Assembly (NCBI GenBank): GCA_964304625.1
Contig: OZ199839.1
Span: 9,792,671-9,856,670, forward strand
Direction of reading: 5' to 3'
From: Kudoa neothunni
Taxonomy: Eukaryota > Animalia > Cnidaria
DNA length: 64,000 nucleotides
Shown one piece after another: positions 1-11,429 of this stretch. Within the stretch, counting starts at the first letter, position 1. Each line of letters opens with the position of its first letter. Below the pieces are notes generated by a model that was given only the letters and a program-made list of their open reading frames with translations, had not been told where the DNA came from and ran no database searches. The position numbers and the translations under genes were made by a program.

Positions 1-1384
1 ACAGTTATCGCTACTATTTACCAATTAAATAATAGCTAATGAAACAAAATATTTGTGTTTTGATTCCTTTCATCTTTTATATACTGCTATTTGTCAAAAA
101 AACTTAAGAAAACTTTAGATTTTACCATATTAGTATTAACTATAAAATTAAAATTATATTTGCAGTAAATATATTTGAGATTTCTCGCGCATTTTCGTTT
201 AATGATAATAAATTAAAATATATGTTTATGATTTACCGCTAAGGCTTTATTAATGAAAAAATATTTTTTCTTTATAAATGAAATTAGATTATGAAACTTT
301 TTTTAAGAAAAACTAATTTTTAATTTTTGACTCACAATTGTTTCTCAGTCTTGATAATTAATACGATTATACAGTACATTAACTATGAATTATAGTTATC
401 ACGGATCGTTACTCAAAGTATTCAATTATATTTGTACAAACCAACATTAAATTTTTTTTTGACTTATTTATAATCTAATTATAAATAGTTAACGAATTAT
501 TCATTATACTGTCTGTAATATCATAAGGTTTTCAATTTCTTCAATATGGTTTGTTCGGTATACCGTTGTATATTTAATATAAGTACATCAACAAAATATA
601 TGAACTAAAAAATGAAAACTTAAGGTTACACAACAATAAATAACTGGCATATATCCTTTCGGTTCAATTTCATTAATAATTCACAGAACATATTTGATAA
701 TATTATAAAAATTAAAAATATAACTTTCACGAATTATTACGAAAAATATCTTGGTGAAAAACTATATCAAATAAAAACTTATAAAGAGTTCTAACGAAAT
801 CATTTTATAAAAACGTATAAAACAGCAAATTTATGGATTTCATATATAATATTAAAAGTTTATGTGAATTAATTCTTAATTATTATGCTTTAGAAAGAAT
901 ATTAATAATACATGTGATATATCTGTGGATTAGCTTATTTTAAAATTGGTTTGGAATATTAAAAATAATATATAAACTAAAAAATTTCATGATAAACGAC
1001 TTTGCACAAGCAGAGAGCTAGAACAATTTGGCAGACGAAATTAATACACTTTAGTTATTTCGTGCAACTATAAACTGCTATTTTTACTTTCTGCAACGTT
1101 CCGACTATTCATATTAAATTTAAGCAAGGCAAAAACACACTTAATCATGAGTAATTTGTTAAATTCATATGGAAAATAGAACAAAACTACCTTGCGCATT
1201 CACATGCACACGCACCGATTGAAGCCGAACGTGAATTTTAGCAAAAGTTTTAGAAGTGAATTATGAAGCGAATTGTTGTTCGGCCAAAAGTTTAAAATAG
1301 TGAATAATTGATTTGAAATAAAATCGGGATTGTCAGACATGCGTAAGAGGGTAAAAAATGGGAGCTGCACACTCCTCCATTACC
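1..1384 (+). mobile_element. 3' part of a second copy of the Merlin-like element
   Basis: Near-identical to 43296-44720 and ends with the same CTCCTCCATTACC terminus. Confidence 0.55.
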
Positions 1385-2286
1385 GTTCTTCGTAATAAAA
1401 CGAGCATATATAATTTTATACGTAATTTTTTACATATTGAAATTGAATGTATAATTTGCTAGATTTAATTAATAACAAAATCAACATTTATTTTTTAATG
1501 TAATTGTTACTTAAGACTATTAAAATCTACAGCATTATAATGACAATCAAAACGTAAAATCTATAATTTATGATGTTAGTCATTCCGAATAATTTATAAT
1601 ATCGACAGATAAAATATAACGAATAATTTTAGTGGGCATTTTTATTAATGTGAGTCTTCCGAAAGCCGAATTGATAAATTTACAATCAAAATTTCAAAAA
1701 ATGACCAATGTTTCAGAGAGATGATTCGATGAAAATAAAATTTAATGGGAGACAGAATTATCCAAGCAGCAAGAGTTCTTACTGATACATTAATATATTT
1801 TTTACTGTCAATATAACTCATTCCATACGAAATTTGAAAATTAGTTTCAATTGATTAACTACATTTTTTGCAACATATTTTCAAGAGAATAATAAAAAAT
1901 GAATTAATTTTAACCCAGCTGCTACATTAAATACTCCGTTGATCTTGTTGATACAAAATCCAAAGTTTTCTTAGACAAATTACTTTTATTAGTTGCTTTT
2001 TCATTATAACGACGGAGAGCCATTAGTTCAACTTTTTATTCTAATGAACTATGAGAAAAAATCTAATCAGCTCTTTTTTAACCCGTTTCAACCAGATATT
2101 GCATAAACAATTCCAAAGAAAGCCAAATGATAATTATTCCATATCTCTATTTAACATTAATTTTTTGTACAGAATTACATTAAAAACGTGCTGAGGTAGT
2201 TTTGCAAAGATTATAAAATTCTACTAACTTTAAATTACTTAAATAATCCGATTAGTCATAATTTTTAGAGAGTATTATTTCTTTCA

Positions 2287-2305
2287 TGAATAGTTATTGT
2301 TTATT
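2287..2305 (+). promoter_or_regulatory. Conserved upstream motif TGAATAGTTATTGTTTATT about 65 nt before the exon-1 start of all eight copies
   Basis: Found in both type-A (e.g. 2287) and the otherwise dissimilar type-B upstream regions (e.g. 35825). Contains a forkhead-like TGTTTAT core. Function is inferred. Confidence 0.55.
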
Positions 2306-2350
2306 GATACAATAAAATAAATAATCTGATATATATTCTACTTAATATAA

Positions 2351-5328
2351 ATGAAGACAAACATGGTCTCATTTACCTTGATTGTTGCATTATTATGTAA
2401 TAAATTAAAATTCTAGATTCTTTTTAAACCATTTTAGGCATTAAGGAAGTTTTTGTGCTTGGAGCCACAGGTGCGGCTACCGAACCTGCCAAAGTTCTCA
2501 CCTATCGCATAGCAGACAGTGACAAAGTACATCTGACTTTATCTGGAACAACTTATGCTACATCAGAAAAAAAATGCCTTATAAGGAAAGAAAAGGAAGA
2601 TACGGTTGAATTTGACCATATAAATACATGTCCTAACAATGATAATTCACATGGGACTGGGAAATGTCTTCGTGCTTGCTCTGGAGATGATATCAAATTG
2701 TCGTTTGATAAGCTATCCCCCAGAACAAAATATGTCTATGTATATTCTGGGGATGGTGCCGACGCCATAAAAGAAAAGATCACTGGTGGAGATGTGTTTG
2801 GATTGCCTATACGTATTCTTCGTTTATTATATATATATAATTGATTGAGTTTAGCGCTATTGGTGAATCCAATCATCACAATATCCATACACGATTCAAC
2901 TAAATTGAAACTTGCAACAAAAACATGCCCCAAAGTCACTTGTCCAATTTATTACAAAGGTGTCCAATACGTCGCCGGTACCACTGGTGCTACTTGCGAA
3001 GCTGAAATTACAAATACAGTTGATTTTGACGTGCTGATACCTCACTATGAAATGAAATGTAAGAATTTACCAAGCTTCTTCTACCATATGCCAAATATAT
3101 ACATGAAAAAAAACATTGACATATATAAACCCCAATACTATGTGACCTATAAAGAGGGTGACAACGCAAAGACGAAATATCTCTTAAAGTTTACAAATGC
3201 TTTCCCATCAGAAATTTGTTTTTTTAATGTAAAAGATGCAGCGGCTAGCGCACAGGGGAGTGCGAATACCTATTCATCATCGTGCGGTGGTGATGCTGGA
3301 AAAAAATGTCATGCCCCATGTGATAATGTTGAATTGGAACTAGCTACATCCAAGCCGATCGTGAAAATATTAATTCAAACTCGACATCATAGATTAGAAG
3401 TAGCAAACAATCAATACGATGGTTATGAAGAGAAAAAATTTGGTAAGATTTCAGTCAATTTTAAGTAATCATCATTGAATTTTAGCTATTGTTGAGGCTA
3501 CAAGTGCAAGCACTCTTTTAACAACACATTCTGCCACTGGAGTAACAATTAACCGATCTCTCTACAATCCAAGCAATAATGAAAATAACGTAAAATTAGC
3601 TAATTGCGTATTAAAGTACTTTCCAGCTGATATACCAAGAACAACAGTGAGATCCGCGGCAAATTGTCAAAATACTGCGTGTCAAAATGATTGTTCAGTC
3701 AGCTCCACTATTGATGGATTGACTGCAGGAAAAGCATATATATTTGAAATAGCCCCTACTACCGATTTAGATAATTATACTGGTTTTAAAGAATATTTGT
3801 TTTTCAGAACAAGTAATTTAGCAAAGTTTACAATCATTATTACAATTTATTCTCAGCTAAAGCTAGCGCGTCAAATTACGTTACTACCTCTCCAACAACA
3901 ACCGACGTAACAGCTACATTAAAGGCGATTGACGGTAATGTGGGAACAGCATCAACCGAACCAACATGTGCATATTATTTCAGTGAACAAGGAAAAGGAA
4001 CATTTGTGGAAGCAGAATGTGAAGATAGTAAACCATGCAGAGGATTTTGTAGGGACATCAAGAAATTGATAAATCTAAATCCCAAAACAAATTATGATAT
4101 TAAGGTTGTTTCAAATAAAGACTATGGAATAAAAATATTTGAAAACGTCTCAACAAGTAAAAATATGATATTAAAATCTCATTTAATCTAATTTACGTTT
4201 GATAGCTTTTTCAACCCTCACTCTATCCCACAATTTCCTCGATAAAGGATTTCGAGTTGTTGGAAGATTAACAACTGCATATACAGAAGCAATATGTCAC
4301 TATAAACTTAAAGTTAAAAATGGAACTAGTTCAAATGTAGTTTATTCCTGCCCAACAATTGCCCCTTCTCCTCCACAGGACAACCCACCCAATACTAATG
4401 CTGTTCAATCTTCCACGAATCAAAATTTAGAACAATCTAATTTGATCAGTCATATAAATTCTTACAATAATAGAGTTGCAAGGGCAAGTGGTGTAGCTGA
4501 TTTAACTCCAAGTTCATCTACGAACACTCCAACTACGATTACTCCTACTGCGACTAATCAGTCTAAGTTCCCACCGTGCAATAAACCACCTCTATGCAGC
4601 AGCATAATAATCAGCGAGGGTTACGAGGCTGATAAAGAATACCAAGTATTGGTTACAGCTGTAGACAGATCGGAAGAAATTACCATCAATATTCCCAAAA
4701 GTATAATATTTATTTATCAAACTATAGAAAGTTCTAATATATCACACACAAATAGATGCTCTCCCTGAGAATCCTGAGGAAGTAGATAAACAAATCACAG
4801 TGATTATCGAAAGAGTTGGCGATACTTTAAAAATCACATCATTGCTTCCAAAACAAAAAAATGAAAATTCATTGTGTCGATGGATATTGAAAGATATGAA
4901 CGATCCTTCTTTACCAATAGTGAAAAAGTGTGACACTGTTGGAAGTAGTAGGTGTAAACTTCCAACATGTAAATCATTCACAATTGAGCGCGTAAGCGAT
5001 ACCAGTGATTATCATTTAACGGTTATTCACTCCCAAGACCCTACAATAAAAGGCGTTGGGAGAATTAAACAAGGTAGTTAACAATAAATTATTATTATTT
5101 TAATGATCAATATAGGAGAAACTTCTAATCAATCAAAGTAAAATTGTAAAATGATAATATTAAATTTGATTTAATTTTTAGGGCGAGCACGTCAATGTAT
5201 TTTTTAATTATTTGAGTATATTTTAATGAGATACCATACATTTTAGGATAATTGGAATTATTGTTCCGATTGTTATCGTTGTAGTAGCAGTTGGATTGTA
5301 CTTTGGTTACAAGAAGAATAAATCTTAG
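2351..5328 (+). CDS. Array copy 1: 10-exon type I membrane protein (855 aa) with Cys-rich FN3-like modules; type-A signal peptide MKTNMVSFTLIVALLC
   Basis: Exons 2351-2396, 2438-2812, 2855-3442, 3486-3812, 3857-4156, 4206-4700, 4756-5073, 5116-5137, 5182-5196, 5247-5328. All introns are GT-AG, 41-55 nt. Joined CDS is 2568 nt and open. Hydrophobic N-terminus; C-terminal TM and tail MIIGIIVPIVIVVVAVGLYFGYKKNKS*. Confidence 0.9.
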
Positions 5329-5359
5329 GAATCGATCTAAACATCAGCTTATTAGTCTT

Positions 5360-5365
5360 AATAAA
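5360..5365 (+). terminator. Putative polyadenylation signal AATAAA of copy 1
   Basis: About 30 nt after the stop and retained in most copies (altered in copy 3). The AT-rich background weakens it. Confidence 0.4.
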
Positions 5366-5934
5366 ACAATATTTTTATTTTAAAAGTTTAAATTTTAACT
5401 TTTCATATACTTCATTTTTTTCAAATAAATACATTATTTATATTCTATTTTGATTTATATAATAACTTTTCTGTTAATCTTAGTTAACTCTCAATTTGAA
5501 ATACCAACAACAGCTAATTAAAAATATTGAATGACATTTTCTATTAATATACTTACTTCGAAAAAATATTCCATCCAAAGCATTTCCTATAAAACTGTTA
5601 TAAAGGTTTTGAAAATTAATAACCCAATTATATATCAATGATATATTAAAAAAATTATTTAATTTAGACATGAGAATATTTATCACAGTAAAAAAGTCAT
5701 TAAAATATATTCCATTCACTATGGAATAATTATAGATAATTAATATAAGATCACTATCTCCACATATTTAAAATTAATAATTTTTTGATTTATTGTAATT
5801 AATAAACAATTCCTACATCATCCAATATTAACTATTATCAGAATATTTTATTTATGGGCACAATAAATAGGACATTCATAGGAAACAAGACAATAATAAA
5901 CTAAACATGAAGATTTTTGTCGTATTTTAATGAA

Positions 5935-6007
5935 TGATCGAGGGTGGGATTAGAACCGGCGACCCATAACTTAAAAGGCAATGATGCTCTGCCGCTGATC
6001 GCACATT
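5935..6007 (-). pseudogene. Degenerate tRNA-Lys(TTT)-like relic or tRNA-derived SINE head
   Basis: Reverse complement reads CAGCGGCAGAGCATCATTGC-CTTTTAA-GTTATGGGTCGCCGGTTCTAATCCC: D-loop-like segment, CTTTTAA anticodon loop and B-box-like segment. Stems pair poorly. Confidence 0.5.
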
Positions 6008-6832
6008 AAACGACATTGGTTTCAACTCTTATACCAACAATTAAAGAGTTCTCTAAATCAGTGAATTGTTGTTTGGACTCTCACCAAACCCCAAGAAAAG
6101 CAACAAAATTATTAAAAATTTTGTAACTCTAGTATGTGAAAGCGAAAACCAGTGGAATAATTAATTGGTTTAATTATCGTTAATCTATTGTGGATTATAT
6201 TCAAAAATAAATATTACTTTCATAAATCGCGTTTTGGTTTGGATCAAAATTTTTGATTTTGATGAGGGAAAATCATATTTAGAATAAATATATGAGGTTT
6301 AGACAATAATACAATGAATAGTAAACTAAATTAGAAAAACTATGTCTTATTTTATGTATAAATCTTTATCCGACAGATTACAAATTTTATTTTCAGATAC
6401 AAACGCACTTAATATAGGAATTTGAGAATTTTCAAAGCAAGTAACCAAAAATACATAAATGTAGAAACAAAACAGTCAATTTAGGGTCTTGGAAATACCC
6501 CAGTCAGTACTTTTTTTTTCTTTTTTTTTGTTTACAAGGTAAAACCCCTGGCGCAACTTGTTAGGTTGTGGAATTCTGGTTGGTCAGACCTTTTCCATTA
6601 GCGCTTTAGGCACCGCAGGATGTAACATGAAACCCCGCTCCTTATCTTAATGCGATAATGTGGGACTCTAACCCATTAAATATCCTCGTCTCAGGGCGAT
6701 TACCACCCCGAACCCTATCCCTATAAGGACGTCGGCTCCGTGAGGATTGCAAATTACTTGTCTTTCGATGGGTTCCGGAGATTCAAACTCCTATTCGCGC
6801 CCACCCCACTTCACAGCGAGTATACACTTTAA

Positions 6833-9716
6833 CCCTTCCTATCCGATGTGGGGTATATTGGATACCCCAATATGATACTTTTTGTTATAATTCTTGACAC
6901 CTTAACATGGATGTCACAAAACTTTTTTAATGTTTGTATAATGTATTAAAGTTTAAGAAGGATGAAAATTAAATGAATATGGTGCAGTATATTTGTAAGA
7001 ATGAGGATTTTAAAATATGTCACTTACTAATATATCCGATTTTATCACCAAATCAATATTATAATTTTTTTAATTGTTTGTATATGTTAGGGCTTGTTGG
7101 CGCTAATCCGCCGATTACGCCAAAACCTCCGAGGAGGATCAGACAAACACGTTAGTATTATCGTAGATTTGGTTCAATGAGTTTTTCTAACGGCTTTAAC
7201 AGTATATGAGTTTTTATTGTTAAAATATCAATTATTTTTCTTTTAATGATAATAATGAAGTGTTACGGTTTTTACGCGCCGATAGAAGATCAACGGAAGT
7301 TAATCCATTCAGAGTTTTTGGGAAGGCACAGCTTGTTTCACTAAGTTTAATTTTTATCGATACTTGAGTATATTATTTTTTATTTATTTTTACTTATGTA
7401 CATCTTTATTTAAAATGATTTTGGAAATATGTTCGACGACGCCGAAAAATTAATTGAGGATTCTTCTTCCAGACAAGATGATTGTTCTGAGTTTATTGTA
7501 TCCAAATCAGAAGACTCTTTCGACGAAAATTTTTGTGAACAAGATGGTAGTTATAGCGATGAAGAAGAATTATTGGATCATTTGAAATATTTACCGATGA
7601 GTGAAAATTCAACATCTGTGCTTACTTCTCGATTTGGTTTCGAATGGTATACGAAACCTCCTACCAAAACGAAGACTGGTCTTCATAACTTTGTTTCGTC
7701 ACCATCTGGAATTATTAATGAGGCAAAAAATGTTAACAAAATTGTTGAAGCTTTCGAGCTCTTTATATCGAATGATATTGTCAACATTATAGCCAAATAT
7801 ACAAATATGTACTTTGATTGTATAGACAAAACCAAAGAAAGGATAACTATAGAAGGACTCAAATCCTTTATGAGTCTATAATTACATCCGGTCGCTCAAA
7901 TGGTTCCTCGTTTGCTCTGAGGAATGTATGGGATTCCAACCCATTATTTAAACAATTCCATTTTTTCACAGCCATATCAAGGGACAGATTTACTCTCATC
8001 TATCAAACAATGAGATTCGATGATAAATCAACCAGATCTGAACGTTTCCAGAAATTAAAAGATAAGCTTGATCCATTGCATGAAATATTACTCACCAGGT
8101 CCATATATAACGGTAGAAGAACGCCTGGTTCGTTTCAAAGGAAGATGTCCCTTCAGAGTTTTCATGAAGAGCAAACCAGGCCGTTACGGATTAAAATTTT
8201 GGGCGGCCGCTGATGTTGAAACTATAGTTATCTGTTGAACATCCATCCGTACACTGGTAAAGTAGACGGTAGCAGAGAAATTAACCAAGGAGAACGTGTT
8301 GTCACAGACCTCGTCAAACCTTTTTTCGGAACCGGTAGAGGAGTCGCCGTGGATAATTTCTTTACTTAGATTCCGCTTGCACAGAAACTTTTACGAAACA
8401 ATGTAACATTGACAGGAACGATTCGTTTCAACAAACCTGAAATTCCTAACGAATTCATGAGATCTCCAAAACGTGAAGTTTTTTCCACCTTATTTGGATT
8501 TAATGGTGATCTCACCCTAGTTTCCTACATTCCAAAAAAGAATTACGTGATGAATTTGTTGTTGAGTGAACACAATGATATTTCAATAGAAAATGAGGAA
8601 CGGAAACGGCCTTAAATTATCCTACATTACAATGCTACAAAAGGGGGTGTCGATAATGCGGATAAGATGACTTATTCATATTCCTGCTCCAAGCCTACGC
8701 GTCGGTGGCCCCTTAAAATGTTCATGGATATGAATGACATCGCAGCGTTGAATGCGTATATAATCTGGACAAAAAAATCCTGAATGGCGAAAAAACGACT
8801 GGAGCAAGCGGCAACATTTTTCGCGCCAATTATCAATTGAATTGGCTGAGATCAACGTTTTTAAACGTCAAATGATGTCCAATAACTATTCGACGAAATT
8901 AAAGTACGGCTTCGAACTATTTCAAAATCAAACGAATAATGATGATACATTTATTGAACGGTTAAGCTTTAAAAATCAATCTATGAGAAATAGATGCTAT
9001 TTCTGTCCACGTAATAAAGATAAAAAATCGAATATTCCCTGCTACAATTGCAATAAATTTCTTTGTTGGAATCATAGAAAACAAAAAAAAGTTGCATATT
9101 GTTCAGATTGCTTTGAATAGAATTTATTCCGTGTTGTTACTCAATAAACCCAAATTCTTTATGTTTATGCAAAACCATTACTATGCGATTTTAAAATGTT
9201 TCAATTATTTATATTGTAAAAATAAAATAGAATCGTAGTTTATCTAACTATCATTCGTTATTTTATAGCTTATTAAACTAAAATCTTAATTACCAAGAAT
9301 GTTAAAAAATTACCGCGAACTTTCAAAAATTCACCGGTTGTTTCCGAGAAACCCCGAAATGTAATAAATGGAGAGTAACATCGCAGGCCAGTATCTCAAT
9401 AGATAATGTGAGCACCAGCTTCTTTCGTCTTATTTTTTAATTTTAATGGTCTATTTATTGCTTATGTTTAAATTATATAACATCATGGCATATTATTTTG
9501 TTATATTAGTATCGCATGATAATTTTTCTAAAACCTTATAACATCTAATTAAATTCTAGTAATAAGTTAAGAATATCATGATTAAATTCTTTAAAATGCT
9601 TGCCTTCTAATAATGCATTAAGGGAAATTTAGCATAAGTTTATGGTCTTATTTTGCTGGGGTACGTCCCATATCCCATCGGAACGGGAGGATTTTTTTCG
9701 CGCATTACAGGGAGGG
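6833..9716 (+). mobile_element. piggyBac DNA transposon, decayed
   Basis: TTAA|CCCTTCCT ... AGGGAGGG|TCAA ends, subterminal GGGGTA..TACCCC palindromes, and transposase remnants inside. Confidence 0.85.
7429..9120 (+). pseudogene. piggyBac (PGBD4-like) transposase pseudogene
   Basis: Motifs MRFDDK, VRFKGRCPFRVFMKSKPGRYGLKFW, VDNFFT*, TGTIRFNK, YNATKGGVDNAD, RRWP and C-terminal Cys-rich RCYFC..CYNCNKFLCWNH. Several frameshifts and stops. Confidence 0.88.
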
Positions 9717-10431
9717 TCAACCACAGCCCCCAAATATGGGATAGAGACCCACCGACATGGAAGCAATTATCTTTCCTCGACTTCTAATCAGTACCCGCAG
9801 GGTTAAGGAGTCGCGGTAAGAACAACTGAGTAAAATAAATTGGGAATGAACAAACGTTTCGAAATAGCACGTTAATACACATAAAAATTTTAGTCAAATA
9901 ACGTGTTTATAAACAAGATCAAAAAATAGGGCGAAACATTACAAAATACTGCAAAAATATAAAAACATAATATAATTGAAAATTATTCATAACATAATTA
10001 TCCACGTATAATATATTTTCATTCATATATTTCTTGGTTCCATCATACATGTGAACACTTTAATATGTTATTTCAATTTACTGGCAAAATTTAGTACTAA
10101 GTTTTATGAAAATAATATATAAACTAGAAAATAAATTATATTATATTACGTTGAAGTATTATTCAACTCAACTGCCAAATATTTTTCAATAAACATAAAA
10201 TTATATAGACGTAAAAATTATAAAAATTGAAGGATTTTGATGAATAATTACGTCAAACACCAGAGCGAAAATGTGTGCGCGCTGATATTCGCGATGGTCG
10301 ATTGATGCCGAAACGTGATTTTTGGTATCATTCTAGAACTGAATTTTTAAAATTTGTTATGCTCACACGATATTTCAAAATTATGTTAAATGATGATGTA
10401 TAAGAATCGTACTTTGCGCACGCGCAAACAT

Positions 10432-10466
10432 GCCGGCATTTTGGAGATGGATACTCCTCCATTACC
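10432..10466. mobile_element. Merlin-like terminal inverted repeat (element end)
   Basis: Reverse complement GGTAATGGAGGAGTATCCATCTCCAAAATGCCGGC resembles GGTAAAGGGAGAGTACCCAGTTCCAAAAATTCGGC at 41810, upstream of the ISXO2-like transposase. Confidence 0.5.
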
Positions 10467-11429
10467 AAATAATTTTCTTTAATTTGTAGTTCTTCATAAT
10501 AAAACGAGCATTTATAATTTAATAAATACTCATTTAGATATTGAGAGTGAATATACAATTTTCTACATTTAATTAATAATAAAATTAACATTTATTTTCT
10601 AATGTAATCGTTACTTAAGACTATTAAAGTCTGCACCATTAAAGGGCTGTAAACAAATTAAATGAATATTTCTTGATATTTTTATTCCAAATGACTTATA
10701 ATACTAGTAGATAAAATATTACGAATAACTTTGGTGGGCATATTTATGGAAGTGATCCTCCCGAAAGCCGAGTTGATAAATTTACAATCAAAATGTCACG
10801 AAATGACCAATGTTTCAGAGAGATGATTGGATAAAAATAAAATTTAATGGGAGCCAAAATTATCCAAGTAATAAGAGTCCTTACTGACACAAGATAATTT
10901 TTACTGTCAATATAACCCATTCCAAACGAAAGTTAAAAATTAGTTTCAATTGATTAACTACATTTTTTGCAACATATTTTCAAGAGAATAATAAAAAATG
11001 AATTAATTTTAACCCAGCTGCTACATTAAATACTCCGTTGATCTTGTTGATACAAAATCCAAAGTTTTCTTAGACAAATTACTTTTATTAGTTGCTTTTT
11101 CATTATAACGACGGAGAGCCATTAGTTCAACTTTTTATTCTAATCAGCTCCTTTTTATCCGTTTCAGCCAGATATTACATACACCATTCAAAAGAAAGTC
11201 AAATGATAATTATTCCATATCTTTATTTAACATTAATTTTTCGTAAAGGATTACATAAAATACATGCTGAGGTAGTCTTGTAAAGATTGTAAAATTCTAA
11301 TAACTTAAATAATCCGAATAATCACAATTTTCAGATAGTATTATCTCTTTCATGAATAGTTATTGTTTATTGATACTATAAAATAAATAATCTGTTATAT
11401 ATTCTATCTTAATATAAATTAAGACAAAC

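Larger units (their letters stand above)
6511..9787 (-). mobile_element. 5'-truncated polyA retro-insertion (non-LTR 3' end or SINE), about 390 bp, split by a piggyBac
   Basis: PolyT tract 6511-6529, relatively GC-rich body, and direct repeat TCAGTAC at 6504-6510 and 9788-9794 (candidate TSD). Confidence 0.6.
6484..9802. mobile_element. Terminal fragment of a second piggyBac-type element that hosted the retro-insertion
   Basis: Removing the insertion rejoins GGGTCTTGGAAATACCCCAG-TCAGTAC-CCGCAGGG|TTAA, a typical piggyBac end. Its other end was not found. Confidence 0.5.

Noticed and set aside
2791-2812. Apparent non-canonical GA/GG donor after GTGTTTG
   Set aside because: A canonical phase-1 GT donor at 2813 is conserved in all copies and restores the frame.
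4742-4981. Recurrent antisense ORF MNDLHVGS... and other minus-strand ORFs over the exons
   Set aside because: These are shadows of the conserved plus-strand exons, with variable ends and no independent coding signal.
2455-5081. Reading the consecutive short ORFs as a prokaryotic operon or as frameshifted pseudogenes
   Set aside because: Every break coincides with a conserved GT-AG intron, and splicing yields one open frame.
5311-5328. KKNKS tail as a di-lysine ER-retrieval signal
   Set aside because: KKxx and KxKxx need Lys at position -3, which is Asn here. It is more likely a positive-inside stop-transfer.
11092-11283. 63-aa upstream ORF (also 20997-21188)
   Set aside because: Non-ATG start, and not preserved as an ORF in the homologous regions of copies 1, 4 and 6.
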